Shown here: piece after piece, positions 51,658 to 64,000 of the stretch
How the letters are laid out: each line of letters opens with the position of its first letter
How positions within the stretch are numbered: the first letter of the stretch is position 1
Assembly (NCBI RefSeq): GCF_006345805.1
Contig: NC_043013.1
Coordinates: 3,720,001 to 3,784,000, forward strand
Source of the DNA: Octopus sinensis
Lineage: Eukaryota
Length of the DNA stretch: 64,000 nt
Direction of reading: 5' to 3'
Notes under the pieces: model-generated
Told to the model about the DNA's origin: nothing
The model's database searches: none
The model's input: only the letters and a program-made list of their open reading frames with translations
Made by a program: the position numbers and the translations under genes

Positions 51658-51856
51658 ACACACACACAGTATATATATATATATATATATATATTAGGCA
51701 ACTTATCGCTAAAATAAGAGGTGTGTGTTCGATTCCTACGTGTATTAACAACCATTTTTGTCGTCGTGGGTTTATATTCCCCATTATTAGACTATTTTCT
51801 ATATATACAGTAGATGCGTATAATTGTATTTACAACATGTTTATATGTATGTGTAG

Positions 51857-51958
<102 letters not shown>

Positions 51959-52411
51959 ATATATTATATATATATGTAACATAATATGTGTCAATTATTC
52001 GGTTGCCATAATAAGACTCCGAGTTTCGGATATCGGGACGGAAACCGAATAATTGTCATATAATTCCTCTATTTACATAATATCGAGGTCACTTTCATTC
52101 TGTTGTTGTCTTACCATTACTATTAGCACATATGTATATATATATATATATACATACACACACACACATGCATATATATATATTTCCAAGGAATCTTATG
52201 CTCTTAGCTTAGTTTTTCTTTGGGGCTGGCCAGACTGGAGCAATGTCGAGTATAACTAGCCGAAATTGCAAAGATAATCTGGAACGCGACTGAGGATAGA
52301 AAACTCTGAATGACCCGTCCTTGCTTTCTTTGTATCGCCTGTCTGGATGTTTTGTTGTCCCTTTTTTGTATCACCTAACTGCCTGAATGTTTTGCGTTCT
52401 TGTCCCATTTT

Positions 52412-52507
<96 letters not shown>

Positions 52508-52509
<2 letters not shown>

Positions 52510-54134
52510 GTTGCGGCCCAAATGTTCAGAACGGCATTGTTTTCGCCAGAAAATTAGGTATAAGTTTTTATCAAAGTAGTTTTATGTTCTATAATTTTCA
52601 CAGACAATAAATACGATATTCATTGTTATTGTCTGAGATTTTGGTCTAATTTTGAGAGGATAATACAAAAGTTATGGATGATTTGTGATTTACTGCAAAA
52701 CCCATAGCGGCCAAAATAATTAGAACGGTTGAAAAAATAACAAAATAATCAAAAATGACAGAGAATACTGGAATTATTTAATATTTAGTGTGAAGCCCTT
52801 TAGCTTCAATCACACTTTGACATCTTCGACTGCACGAGGAAATTAAATTTTCAATTTCTTGCTTGGTGATCTTATTCCATTCTTCCTGTAGGGCATTCCA
52901 TAATTGCTCGGTTGTTTTAGGATTTCTGGCTTTCAAACGTTCTCCTAGAATATTCCACACATTTTCAATAGGATTGAGATCCGGGCTTTGAGCAGGCCAA
53001 TCCATAATAATAACCTTTTCAGCCTTGAGGAAGTTCATGACCACTTTAGCCTTGTGACATGGGGCATTGTCCTGCATGAATATGGGTGGTCGCTTAGTTG
53101 AATTTCTCAGCTGAGGCAAGACGTGATCTTTTACAAATTGTTTATAAACTCCTGCGTTTACCTTTCCATGTAATCACACCAAAGAGCCCACACCACCTCC
53201 AGATATCATTCCCCAAACCATGACACTTCCTCCACCGAATTTAACACTAGTCTTAAGACATTTAGGCAACAATTTTTCACCTACTTTTCAACGAACGTAC
53301 CATTTCCCATCTGAGCCAAATAACATAAACTTAGATTCATCACTGAAATGCACCGTTTGCCATTTTTCTTGAGACCACAACACATGTTCGGTTGCAAAGG
53401 TAAGACGACACTTTTTATTTTTGGAGCTGATCAGTGGCTTCACTGCAGGTGATCTTGCTTGTAGGTCATGTTCAACTAACCGACGAGACACAGTTTTTCG
53501 AGATAAAGTTTTCTTCAGTACAATGCTCATTTTCCGAGAAACAGCAGCAGCAGTTTTAAATCTGTCCTTTTTAACCAACTTTACCATAGCACGATCATCT
53601 CTCTTGGTCGTTTTTCTTGGCCTACCTGTAGACTTTCTTGCTTCACATGAACCATAATCATCGTAGGCCTTAAGAATACCGTGAACAACACTTTTTGACT
53701 TGTTAACAATCTTTGCAATAGACCCAATACTTAAATTATCCTTCTTTCGAAGCTTAATAATCTGCTGACGAATTGGTAACGGAGTAAGTGGCATTATATT
53801 AACAAAGTACACTGCAGATATTCTTACTAATGTTTAGTAAACAAACCGTCACGTAAATAAATTCAAAACATTAGAGTTCGCCGGTTAAATATACTAAAAC
53901 ATGGAGTAAAAGCAACCGTTCTGATCATTTTGGCCGCCATGGGTTTTGCAGTAAATCACTAAATCATCCATAACTTTTGTATTATCTTCTCAAATTACAC
54001 CAAAATCTCAGACAATAACAATGAATATTATATTTATTGTGTGTGAAGATTATAGAATATAAAGCAACTTTGATAAAAACTTATACCTACTTTTCTGGCG
54101 AAAACAATGCCGTTCTGAACATTTTGGCCGCAAC

Positions 54135-54136
<2 letters not shown>
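52508..54136 (-). mobile_element. Near full-length Tc1 transposon with IR/DR-type long TIRs
   Basis: TIRs of ~230 bp starting CAGTTGCGGCC, with inner direct repeats at 52703-52731 and 53913-53941. Inserted in a (TA)n/(CA)n tract. Confidence 0.95.
52778..53794 (-). pseudogene. Tc1 DD34E transposase, in frame with two premature TGA stops
   Basis: Paired-like HTH, GRPRK, FSDESKF, QDNAPCH, WPAQSPDLNPIEN with 34 residues between D and E. The ORFs 53812-53288 and 53119-52778 share a frame. Confidence 0.93.
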
Positions 54137-54198
<62 letters not shown>

Positions 54199-54240
54199 AT
54201 ATGTATATATATATATACATATATATACATATTCTACACA

Positions 54241-54294
<54 letters not shown>

Positions 54295-54349
54295 CAGTTG
54301 CGGCCAAAATGTTCAGAACGGCATTTATATATATATATACATATATATA

Positions 54350-54520
54350 AGTGCGGCTGTGTGGTGAGAAGCTTGTTTCCCAATCACATGGTTCCAGGTT
54401 CAGTTCCCCCGCGCGACACAGACCCATAGAATAAATACAAGGTTTTAAAAATATGAAAATAAGTCAAGACGGTGCCTTAGCATGGCCGCAGTGAAATGAC
54501 TGAGACAAGTAAAACATAAA
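54350..54520 (+). mobile_element. SINE family 1, internally deleted
   Basis: Head joined directly to a degenerate tail. Confidence 0.7.
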
Positions 54521-54654
54521 AAAAAAGATAATAGGTACACGCATGCTTACATATATATTCATGTGTGTGCGCACGTGCGTCAAGTGCAATATACTGAGCA
54601 CTAAGCTATCTTTGGACTGGTTTGCGATTCAAAAATATTAACCTCAAATTTGTT

Positions 54655-55064
54655 GGATCTTTTCGGTTTGAACGGCAGTTTTTAACATAATTTCTAGGTA
54701 ACTAAAAAATTTTAAACTTCGTATACTGGTAGAATGTGTTTATAAAACATCTTTTTCTCTTGGCTTTATTGAGAAAATTCTATAGTTTGTAAGATATTTG
54801 TTATTTTTTGTTTTCAATTTCTGCAATTTCAACCAACCAGTGACGTGTATTGAGGTAAAAAACATTCTGTGCCGTATGAATATGTCGCTCGTTTAAGAAA
54901 CAGATTGGGTTTATTTACATTTGTGAAGAAAAAAAAATACCCTTCCCCCTAACCCTAACCCTAAAACAGATTGAAATGCAATAGATCAATTCTGGGGCCA
55001 TAATTATGGGTGACAATTTCATATGACACCGCTAGAAAAACTGCCGTTCAAACCGAAAAGATCC
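54655..55064 (+). mobile_element. Telomeric-repeat MITE copy 4
   Basis: Same TIRs. TSD aatttgtt/aatttgtt. Short (CCCTAA)n. Confidence 0.9.
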
Positions 55065-55714
55065 AATTTGTTTATTAATTCGTGAAGTTAAATCTGATGG
55101 AAAAGAGTAGATTTAACCTGACTTGCTAATGCTTATAGGATTAACAGATTATCTATGAAATATGCCGGATACTTTTGGACGTTGAAAACATGAAAATTTG
55201 ATAATGGCCACTACAGCAATATAGTGTAGCTTCGTCAAATGGTAGATTGTTTATGTGCTTTGGGTATTTAACCCCTATAGTGGGAGGTGGTGGGGGAGCT
55301 GTACTGTTTATGTATGTAAGAAAGTTTCTTGCCAGGCTTATGGTAAGTTTTATGGGTGAGAGTTTAGATCTAGGGAAACATTTTAAAAAATCGATTCCAG
55401 GCGTGTTATTAAAACCTGCCTAGAAAATATCTATTAGTAGCTCATAACTACATACTAGATACTATATAGTAGATACTATATAGTATAGTAGATACTATAT
55501 AGTATAGTATATAGTATAGTAGATACTATATAGTATAGTATTATATAGTAGATACTATTAGTAGCTCATAACTATATACTGTGTACTTTAAACAATATTC
55601 ATCTTTCACCGAATGGAGTAAATTTTTTGTTGATCTTATCTTAACGGAAAAGTAAACTATACATATATATATACATACATATATACATACATACATATAC
55701 ACACACACACACAC

Positions 55715-55760
<46 letters not shown>

Positions 55761-55763
<3 letters not shown>

Positions 55764-55950
55764 GGAGAGTTTACGAAAATAAATAAAAGACGAAGACAGG
55801 TGTGGTGTACAAAACAAACAGATGTATTAGTATAACGCTCAGGAATAGAAAAAGTCTTTTACGTTTCGAGCCTACGCTCTTCTACAGAAAGGGACACAGA
55901 AAAACAAGGAGAGAAACAAGGAGAGAAAAAATGTGTGTAGTGGCTAACGA
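55761..55950 (-). mobile_element. Short Penelope-type terminal element (family B)
   Basis: Flanked by (TA)n. Shares acgctcagga and the hammerhead with family A. Opposite-orientation fragments are at ~260-345 and ~8572-8680. Confidence 0.6.
55856..55891 (-). ncRNA. Minimal hammerhead-like motif (family B)
   Basis: Minus strand: CUUU CUGUAGA A GAGC-GUAG-GCUC GAAA CG UA AAAG. Stem I CUUU/AAAG covaries with family A. Core position 6 is U instead of A. Confidence 0.62.
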
Positions 55951-56264
55951 TATATATATATACGCACGCACGCACGCACACATACAAACACATATACAGG
56001 GTGGCCCAAAAATCACAAGCGTGTTAATAATCTATTTATTCTATTTTAAATTTACGGTAACTTAGCACCACATACAGTGTGTGTATGTATATGTGTGTGT
56101 GTGTGAGTGTGTGTGTGTGTATACAGGAAGTATATATACATTAGGAGTGAAGAGTTACATTTTGTGAAATACAAATGGAAAAATGTAATCAAAACTCATT
56201 TATTAAACTTTTAGACCCCTCAGTGACGTTTGGGTCAGCCTGTACATACATAGACGCAGGCTTG

Positions 56265-56311
<47 letters not shown>

Positions 56312-56826
56312 TTTCTCGCTCTTCTTCCTAGTCTCATCGTCCTCGCTTGACGTCATTAGTATTTCGTTTGTGTTCATCTTCCAAAGCGGGAGTCGCCCAT
56401 TTTCGACGCGGTGCTGTGGCCACAATTTCATATTGCATTGGTCTCTCTCCATGTACTGAGGCATTTTCGTTCGCTTTTCTTCCTCAACTAGGGAAATGGT
56501 GTAAGGATCGGAATACCATCAATACACAAACGAGCACGAAAACGTTGATAGGACTCTGAGAAAAGTCCTCCCTTGCCCCTTAAGTATTGCAGATGGTGGG
56601 TACGTTACTACTTTGCGTGTAGCGAATTATGTAGTTTCGGGTTTTTCAGGATCATCCCGAACGAGGTAGAACAGATTTTACGCAAAATCTATGTTAGGAA
56701 GGACTTGAGGGACTACATGTTAAATCATTAAAGAATGTAGTTGTGTAAGGCCGGAACGATGTGAGAAGGTACCATGTAAACAACAAAGTTGCAGTTGTAT
56801 TTCTATATTTCGAAAAAGCTCTGACT

Positions 56827-57249
56827 GGATCTTTTCGGTTTGAACGGCAGTTTTTTCTAGCGGTGTCATATGAAATTGTCGCCCATAATTATGACCCTAG
56901 TATCGATCTATTGCATTTCAATGTTTTAGGGTTAGGGTTAGGGTTAGGGGTGGGGGAAGGGTATCTTTTTTTCTTCACAAATGTAAATAAACCCAATCTG
57001 TTTCTTAAACGAGGGACATATTCATACGGCACAGAATGTTTTTTTTACCTCAATACACGTCACTGATTGGTTGAAATTGCAGAAATTGCAGAAAAAGAAC
57101 AACAAATATCTTACAAACTATAGATTTTTCTCAATAAAGCCAAGAGAAAATGATGTTTTATAAACACATTCTACCAGTATACGAAGTTTAAAATTTTTTA
57201 GTTACCTAGAAATTATTTTAAAAAACTGCCGTTCAAACCGAAAAGATTC
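56827..57249 (-). mobile_element. Telomeric-repeat MITE copy 5 (inverted)
   Basis: Same element in reverse, with (TTAGGG)n at ~56926-56950. No TSD seen. Confidence 0.88.
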
Positions 57250-57409
57250 AAAGATATTGCTCTGCACAAATAACCTTTTCCAGTTACCAGTTTGCAACTA
57301 TCGAAATATTGAAATACAAGGTAAAACTGCAATTTTGTTCTGTTTTCTTTTCCTTTTCTTGTTTACTCTGTACCTTCTCGTATTGTTCCGGACTTACACA
57401 ACTACATTG

Positions 57410-57722
57410 TGTGGAGGCACATGGTCTAGTGGTTAGAACAGTGGACTCGCGGTCGAGGGATCGCGGGTTCGAATCTCAGACCGGACGATGTGTGTGTTTA
57501 TGAGCGAAAACACCTAAGCTCCACGCGGCTTTGGCAGAAGTTAATGGCGAAACTTCTGCTGACTCTTTTGCCACAACTTTCTCTCACTTTTTCCTCCTGC
57601 ATCTTGCAGCTCACCTGCGATGGACCGGCGTCCCGTCCAGGTGGGGAACCTATAAGCCAAGAAACCGGGAAACCGGCCCTTATGAGCCAGGCATGGCTCG
57701 AGAAGGAACAAAAAAAAAAAAA
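57410..57722 (+). mobile_element. SINE family 3 (tRNA head, V/Meta-like central domain)
   Basis: A/B boxes tggtctagtgg / ggttcgaatct, cctgcgatggaccggcgtcccgtccagg, gaaaccgggaaaccggcc tail. An inverted copy is at ~18025-18290 and a deleted one at ~12175-12400. Confidence 0.8.
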
Positions 57723-58849
57723 AACACAACTACATTCTCAAAATGCTTCACCAAAACTACTTCGTTTTAATATTAAATGATATTGACTGAGAAAGGGGAT
57801 ACGTTCATACTAATGGTGATTTCTTAAACAAGTGAAGGTGAAGCGTAAGAGAAACAAGAACTATATGTGTGAGTACACATATACACACACTTACACATAT
57901 GTGCACATGTGTGTGTGTACGAGGCATACACACAAAGTACATAAATATGCACATGCACACGAGTGGGGGCAAGAGTAATCGTCGTCAAATGGCTGCGAAG
58001 TTACTGTCAAATTTAGTTTGCAAACCAAGTTCAATCTCTGTTGTACATTTAAGAAAATCCCCATTGAATTGCAGAGAAATCCCGGTGATTATGCGACCAA
58101 TGATAAATTGTAAAAAGCTTCCTCTTACTTTCACCAGGTAACGGGACATGAACTGAGCGCACCAAGCTATAAGAATAATTATGTTATCTTTCTACAGGTA
58201 AGCAAACTGGGTTATCGCCGGGCAGTGGATATGAACCAGCAATCCTTCGACTTGTGCTCCGATATCTATCTAGAAGACTCGGTTTTTAGTTTTACAGGTT
58301 TCGATTTGAATTCATTGCGAAATTTTCTATTTGCTGAGTAAATTATTTTAGGTAATTACGTCACTTCTGTTTGGTTCTTCCAGAGCCTTTGAAATATCGA
58401 CTATGGGAGAAAAAATACGAAAAGTCAACATGACATTTTACAATAAATGGAAACTATTTTTTTTTAAAAAGGTAGTAGTGGTGATGGTGGTGGTGGTAGG
58501 GGTGTGAAAAAAGATATTGGAAACCATTTAAAATAATCTCTTAGAACATTAACCAATCAATCTACCGTTTATTTAATTAGTTAATATTTAATTAATTTAC
58601 TTTAATGCAACGACTTTGATCAAGTTACACGAGAGATTAGCTGTAAATTTCATCTTAGGATTAATAAATTATGGTTAAGAATCCTTTCCAAACAATAATA
58701 GCAAGAAAAGAATAAGAGAAACTCTTCTCCGCCCCCCCCTTCTGGCTATAGTAGTTGCAACACCAAAAGAAGCACCTCACTATAATAACCATAATAAGAA
58801 TTGATATGATACCTTATCTCTCCACCACCAACGATATCGCCCTGCCTGG

Positions 58850-59008
58850 CTTTGTTGCCATTGTCAAAATCAAGAACATCAACATCACATTTCATCACTG
58901 TCACCACGATGCTACCACCAACACCATCAGCACGACCAGCTGCACTGTACCGGCAGCATCAACGCCATCAGCAGCTGCACCATAAATCAGCACCAATATC
59001 GTCATCAT

Positions 59009-59039
<31 letters not shown>

Positions 59040-59470
59040 AGCAGCAGAGGAAGCAGCAGCATCACTACCACCACTGCCGCCACCATCACCACCATCGCCA
59101 CACATGCCATCACTTCCAACTTCAACTCCATCACTGACACGACAATTACTATCGCCAACACCGCCACGACCACCACTTCGAACATATAATCAAAGACCTC
59201 TGCAACTAGTAGTTACACCTCCCAACATCATGCCATACCAATAATCACATACCCACTTCCCCACCAGCACACACCACCACCACCACCACCATCACCACCG
59301 GCAGCGCCACCAATACCACCACCACCACCACCACCACCACCACCACCACCACAACCACCACCACCACCGGCAGCGCCACCGATACCACCAGCACACCCGC
59401 CATCAGCATCAGCACCACTAGCACGACCACTATCATCATCATCATCATCACCGTTCATGTACATCTGCTA
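58850..59470. repeat. Degenerate CAC/CAT/CAG trinucleotide low-complexity region
   Basis: Mixed (CAC)n, (CAT)n and (CAG)n. Similar tracts are at ~2520-2710 and ~44290-44470. Confidence 0.9.
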
Positions 59471-60312
59471 ATCTCACCATTACTCAACCCACCACTAGCA
59501 ATCAACACATACCAATAAGCTATGTTGCTAGGGAGTCTATTCGCTACAGCTACATTGCTGATGCAACAATATCTGCGATTATTTCATTCCATCTTCCACC
59601 ACTGTTCCGAACAGCCGACCTTCATTCCCTCCACTCCTGTCTCATATTGATCCTAGATGCAGACATTACGTCAGTCTGCTAGGTTGCATTTCATGCTCTT
59701 TCGCTATTGCAGACTGCTGCACCGTCCTTTGGCCTCTTATATAAAATTCATCACTTTACAGAGCTGCTGGTGCAGCATTTTCCATGCAAGTTCGGCTCCT
59801 GCTGGCGGCCGAATGCATTTCTTTGAATGCATATATTGGATATATATTCAAACAGGTTAAAATTGTTAGGTAAATTTCCTTAATATTTGTTGCATATTAT
59901 TTCATCCGATATATTGCCTGCAGCACGCCGAGGTTCTGGAATGTTACTGAATAGAAAAGTGGGGATTAAGGGCAAATAAATACTGTAAACAGGACGCTTG
60001 GAAGATGCGCAGTGTTTAATTAAATGGCTCTGTCAAATTCTTCAAAGTGAGTGTGTTGCATTTGTTAGTTTGGATTGGGAAGAAAGACGGTTGTTGTATT
60101 ATGTAAAATCCATTCTCTAAGTACAGTACTGCTATTATGCACAGCGTTAAATAATTAAAAAAATTCAATGGAAATTTTGTAACAGTTTTATTTCATGCAG
60201 AAAGTGGACATTAACGAAAAAGTTTGCTCATATACTTTCTTATTTGAAGTGTTTAAAGTTAGTCCAAAGAAGGAACACACGTTAGAAAAGTGAGTTGCTA
60301 AAGAATGTTCAT

Positions 60313-60475
60313 AGGCGCAAGAGTGGTAGTGTGGTAAGTAGCTTGCTAACCAACCTCATGGTTCCGGGTTCAGTCCCACTGCGTGTCATCTTGGGCAAGT
60401 GTCTTCTGCTATAGCCCCGGGCCAACCAATGCCTTGTGAGTGGATTTGGTAGACGGAAAGTGAAAGAAGCCTGTC

Positions 60476-60524
<49 letters not shown>

Positions 60525-60775
60525 TGTGTGTGTGTGTGTGGTGTGTGTGTGTGTGTGTGTTGTGTGTGTGTGTTTGCGTGTCTGTGTTTGTCCCCCTAGC
60601 ATTGCTTGACAACCGATGCTGGTGTGTTTACGTCCCCGTCACTTAGCGGTTCGGCAAAAGAGACCGATAGAATAAGTACTGGGCTTACAAAGAATAAGTC
60701 CCGGGGTCGATTTGCTCGACTAAAGGCGGTGCTCCAGCATGGCCGCAGTCAAATGACTGAAACAAGTAAAAGAGA
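60313..60775 (+). mobile_element. SINE family 1
   Basis: Full length, internal (TA)n(TG)n. Confidence 0.92.
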
Positions 60776-62522
60776 AAGATCTGCATGTAATATCTGATAG
60801 AGCGTAAAGAGGGGAAACCAGTCCAGTTATCGAGATGCTGAGAAGAGAGCGCAACAGAATAGGTAGAGAGCAGCTAAAAGTTTCTTCAGAACATTATATT
60901 GTGGTGACGCTTGGAGAGCGAAGGGAGAAAACAGTAGAACAGCGCTTAAAAACTTCCAGTAAGAAAAAGTTTATCGCTTGGGTAAACGAATTGTCCCGCA
61001 CATGGTGCGAGACAACATTTTTAGCAATCTTTTTTGATAACATAACCTCTAAGTTAAAACAATGTGTTTAGAGGTTAGATACTCTTGCTACTGATAAACA
61101 TTAATCAGTGAAATGAAAGAGTAACTTAGATGTAATTTGGTTTGGAGCAAGTGTCTCACAGATCCTGCCGACAGTAATTCTGTCTCAAAACATTATTCAA
61201 ACCAGCTGATATTTCACACGATTAGTTCTTCCGTTTACTCTGTCACGAAACCGCATCGCAATATCATAAAATGTTTAGCTTTCACAGGATTCAGTTTGAA
61301 AGTTCCTTTTGGAGGATGCTAGGAAACATAAGGGAGACACAAACCCATATATGAGAATATGAGAAGTTCCTCAACTAGGAGGACAAGGTAAGAAGGCAGT
61401 TTTCTTTTGTAAACAATGTAATTCTTGGTTTTAAAGAGAAAGCTTAGACATGCTGGCGTAATTTTAGTAAAGCTAAAAATTGGAGTCATTTAGGAGAGGC
61501 CAGATAAACTAACTAGTCGGGTGGCGGAGATACTAGACAAACTGACTAGTAGGGTGGCGGGGCTAAAATTAATAACTAATCTCACTTAAACCGTACCCTA
61601 ATATCTTAGAAAAGGATACGCTGTATCATATGGACCTGTGTTCCATGCATGTAAATAAAAGATGGGATGGTCATGGCTGGAATGCCTTTAATAATAGGTA
61701 TGCTCAGTGAGAACTAATTGAGACAAAACAACAGCAACAACAACTGAGAGGGAAACAAGAACGAAGAGATGTGAGAGAGAAGTGAAAGAGAAACAAGTAA
61801 GAGAAGAGAAGAGAGAGAGAGAGAGAGAGAAGAGAGAGAGAGAAAGAGAGAGAGAGAAATGAAAAAGAAAGAAACTAAATGAATGAAAATAAACGTATGA
61901 ACATAAAGTGACATACACTGACACATAGAGTGAGAAAAGAGAGATAGGTAGACGTAAATAGTCAGACAGACATAATAGATCGATAGATAGTGAGATGAAC
62001 AAACAGAGAGACGGACTGGCAGGAAGATGGAGAGACTGATAACGAAATAGCGAAAGTGAAAGCTATAAAGATTGGTGATTACTCACACGAACCCAATGCA
62101 TACAAATACGTATTGATAGACAGAGATAGGTAGATAAATAGAAAGTATATTTTGAGCTTAGCCAAAATACCAATAAGCGATAATAAAATCATAGATAATT
62201 ACCAGCGAATAGATAGGAAGAACCAGAAAGATAGTCGTATGCTAAATAGGCAAACACTACATAATCACCCACACACACGCACACACGCGCACGCATGTAC
62301 ACACACACTCTCTCTCTTTTTCACACACACACACGTACACACATACACAAACAAACACACGTACACACACACGTATACACAGATATCTCTCAAAATTAAA
62401 CAGCTACCCGTCATCACACTGTTTTATTTGTGCGGACACCACCTGCTGCTTCCAACTTTCTCATGTATTATTATTATCATTTTTTCCTTCATTACGGATT
62501 ACAACTGTTTATAGCAACGAGT

Positions 62523-62820
62523 CATGGCGCGAATATCAGAAGCTAAAAAGAGTCGTCTGATTTTACAAAGCGGACGTTACAGCAGGTCAATCTAGCGTGG
62601 GCTTAGCCAGCGCAAGATTACACAAAACCTTGGGATTCCTCTTTGCCACAGTCAACAGAATGATTGTGCAATTCACCAGCAAAGGAAAGGAATCAACAGC
62701 ATCCCGCTCAAGGCCGACCTGGGCCCCTCTCACAGATGTCTTTGGGCTGACAAACAGATTGGTGAAAGTAATCCCCGTTGTAAGGCAGCTGATGTTGCCG
62801 AGCAACTCCAAATGAGTTGG
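62523..62820 (+). mobile_element. Tc1-like transposase N-terminal fragment
   Basis: MARISEAKK...GLSQRKITQNLGIP / ATVNRMIVQF...NPRCKAADVAEQL, frameshifted HTH region. Confidence 0.6.
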
Positions 62821-62844
62821 AGTACTTCTGAGAGGTGTCTATTG

Positions 62845-62903
<59 letters not shown>

Positions 62904-62904
62904 T

Positions 62905-62991
<87 letters not shown>

Positions 62992-63001
62992 ATATATATA
63001 T

Positions 63002-63041
<40 letters not shown>

Positions 63042-64000
63042 GTGTGTATATATATATATATAGCAATTTTGAGGAAAGGAATTTATCGATATCACTGATG
63101 CCAGTACTTGACTGATATATTATTTTTATCCACCTTGCCCCCGAAAGAATGAAGAGCAAAGTTGACCTCAGCGGAATTTGAACTCAGAATTTAAGGAGGC
63201 ATAACAAATACCGCAAGCCTTAACTATTCTGCCAACTTAATAAAGCTAATATAATGAAAAAAGTGATATGAAGAAGAATCGATCCGATATGAAAAAAAAC
63301 AACAACATCAATAACGAAAAGAAACCTATCACATTCTAGAAGTAAAAGTGAAACTAGAATATGTCATAACAGTAATAGCAGCTACAAGGCACTAGGAAAA
63401 CGAACGTGTTTGCAGTTGAATAGGCATTTGAATAAAATATTGAAGGATTGTACAGGACCATTGGCCCTTTTACAGCGGAAATCAGATTTATCCACTCAAA
63501 ATCTTATTACTCTTAACTGTGGAAGACAGTTTTATATACCAGTGTATCTTTTGTTGAGGAATGTCATGTTTGAAACCATTTTTCGTTGAGATATAACATT
63601 GAAGGACACATTACCATCGACAGAAACTCAAGCATTCAACGAAACGTGGAACAAACACCTTCTTAACAACAAAGAATGACAATGGATTAGAAGGGAAAAG
63701 GAAAATATGTTTATCTTATAGCACAGAAAGCATTGGCCCACCATAGCTAGCAAGGGACTCACAGACACGTGAAGAACTGAAAGTAACTGGGAAGTCCTTG
63801 GGATTAATAGATTCCCCAGTTTCTAACTGAAATATTTAACCAGTTCCCATGGGTATACAGTGGCAGCATTCAATGAAATGGAAAGAAGAACAGAATTAAA
63901 ATCTAATTAGATGCTGGAGGTAGGGGAATGACATTTCCGAAAATGAAAGTATTAGAAACCCCAAAAGGCTATAGACCCTATAACTTGTTTGCCAACAACA

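Noticed and set aside
52288-52325. Hammerhead in family D (CUGAGGA-U-AGA-AAAC-UCU-GAAU...GUC)
   Set aside because: GAAU instead of GAAA in all three copies, and no adequate stem I.
56380-56700. CpG-rich patch as promoter or tyrosine-recombinase remnant
   Set aside because: Too short, with only a vague GHS-like word. Not supportable.
58755-59464. Poly-Ser/Ala/Pro/Gly/His ORFs resembling a transcription-factor low-complexity domain
   Set aside because: Degenerate trinucleotide repeat open in several frames on both strands, with no domain and no convincing splice context.

Overview
AT-rich, microsatellite-dense animal genomic DNA. The SINE and repeat families look like those of Octopus (inference, no database used). 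The only host coding sequence I recognise is the last exon of an alkylglycerone-phosphate synthase (AGPS) gene at 3109-3242 (+). The rest is intergenic or intronic and packed with mobile DNA: Tx1-, R4/Dong-, Hero-, RTE- and CR1-type LINE pieces, several tRNA-headed SINE families, a nearly full Tc1 (DD34E, IR/DR ends), three decayed mariners, a hAT MITE, foldbacks and a U6 snRNA retrocopy. Four observations stand out. (1) Short Penelope-type elements lodged in (TA)n tracts carry minimal hammerhead-ribozyme folds with covarying stems and variant cores, and one copy starts at the predicted cleavage site. (2) A CR1-type LINE 3' end, the most abundant SINE and the U6 retrocopy all end in the same 3' motif with a sequence-divergent stem-loop, suggesting one LINE mobilises both a tRNA SINE and a U6-headed passenger. 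(3) Five copies of a ~440 bp MITE (GG..CC ends, 8-bp TSDs, Merlin-like) carry internal telomeric (TTAGGG)n. (4) R4/Dong-type LINEs sit in (AAT)n or (CATA)n microsatellites. Element boundaries are read by eye and approximate unless a TSD is quoted.
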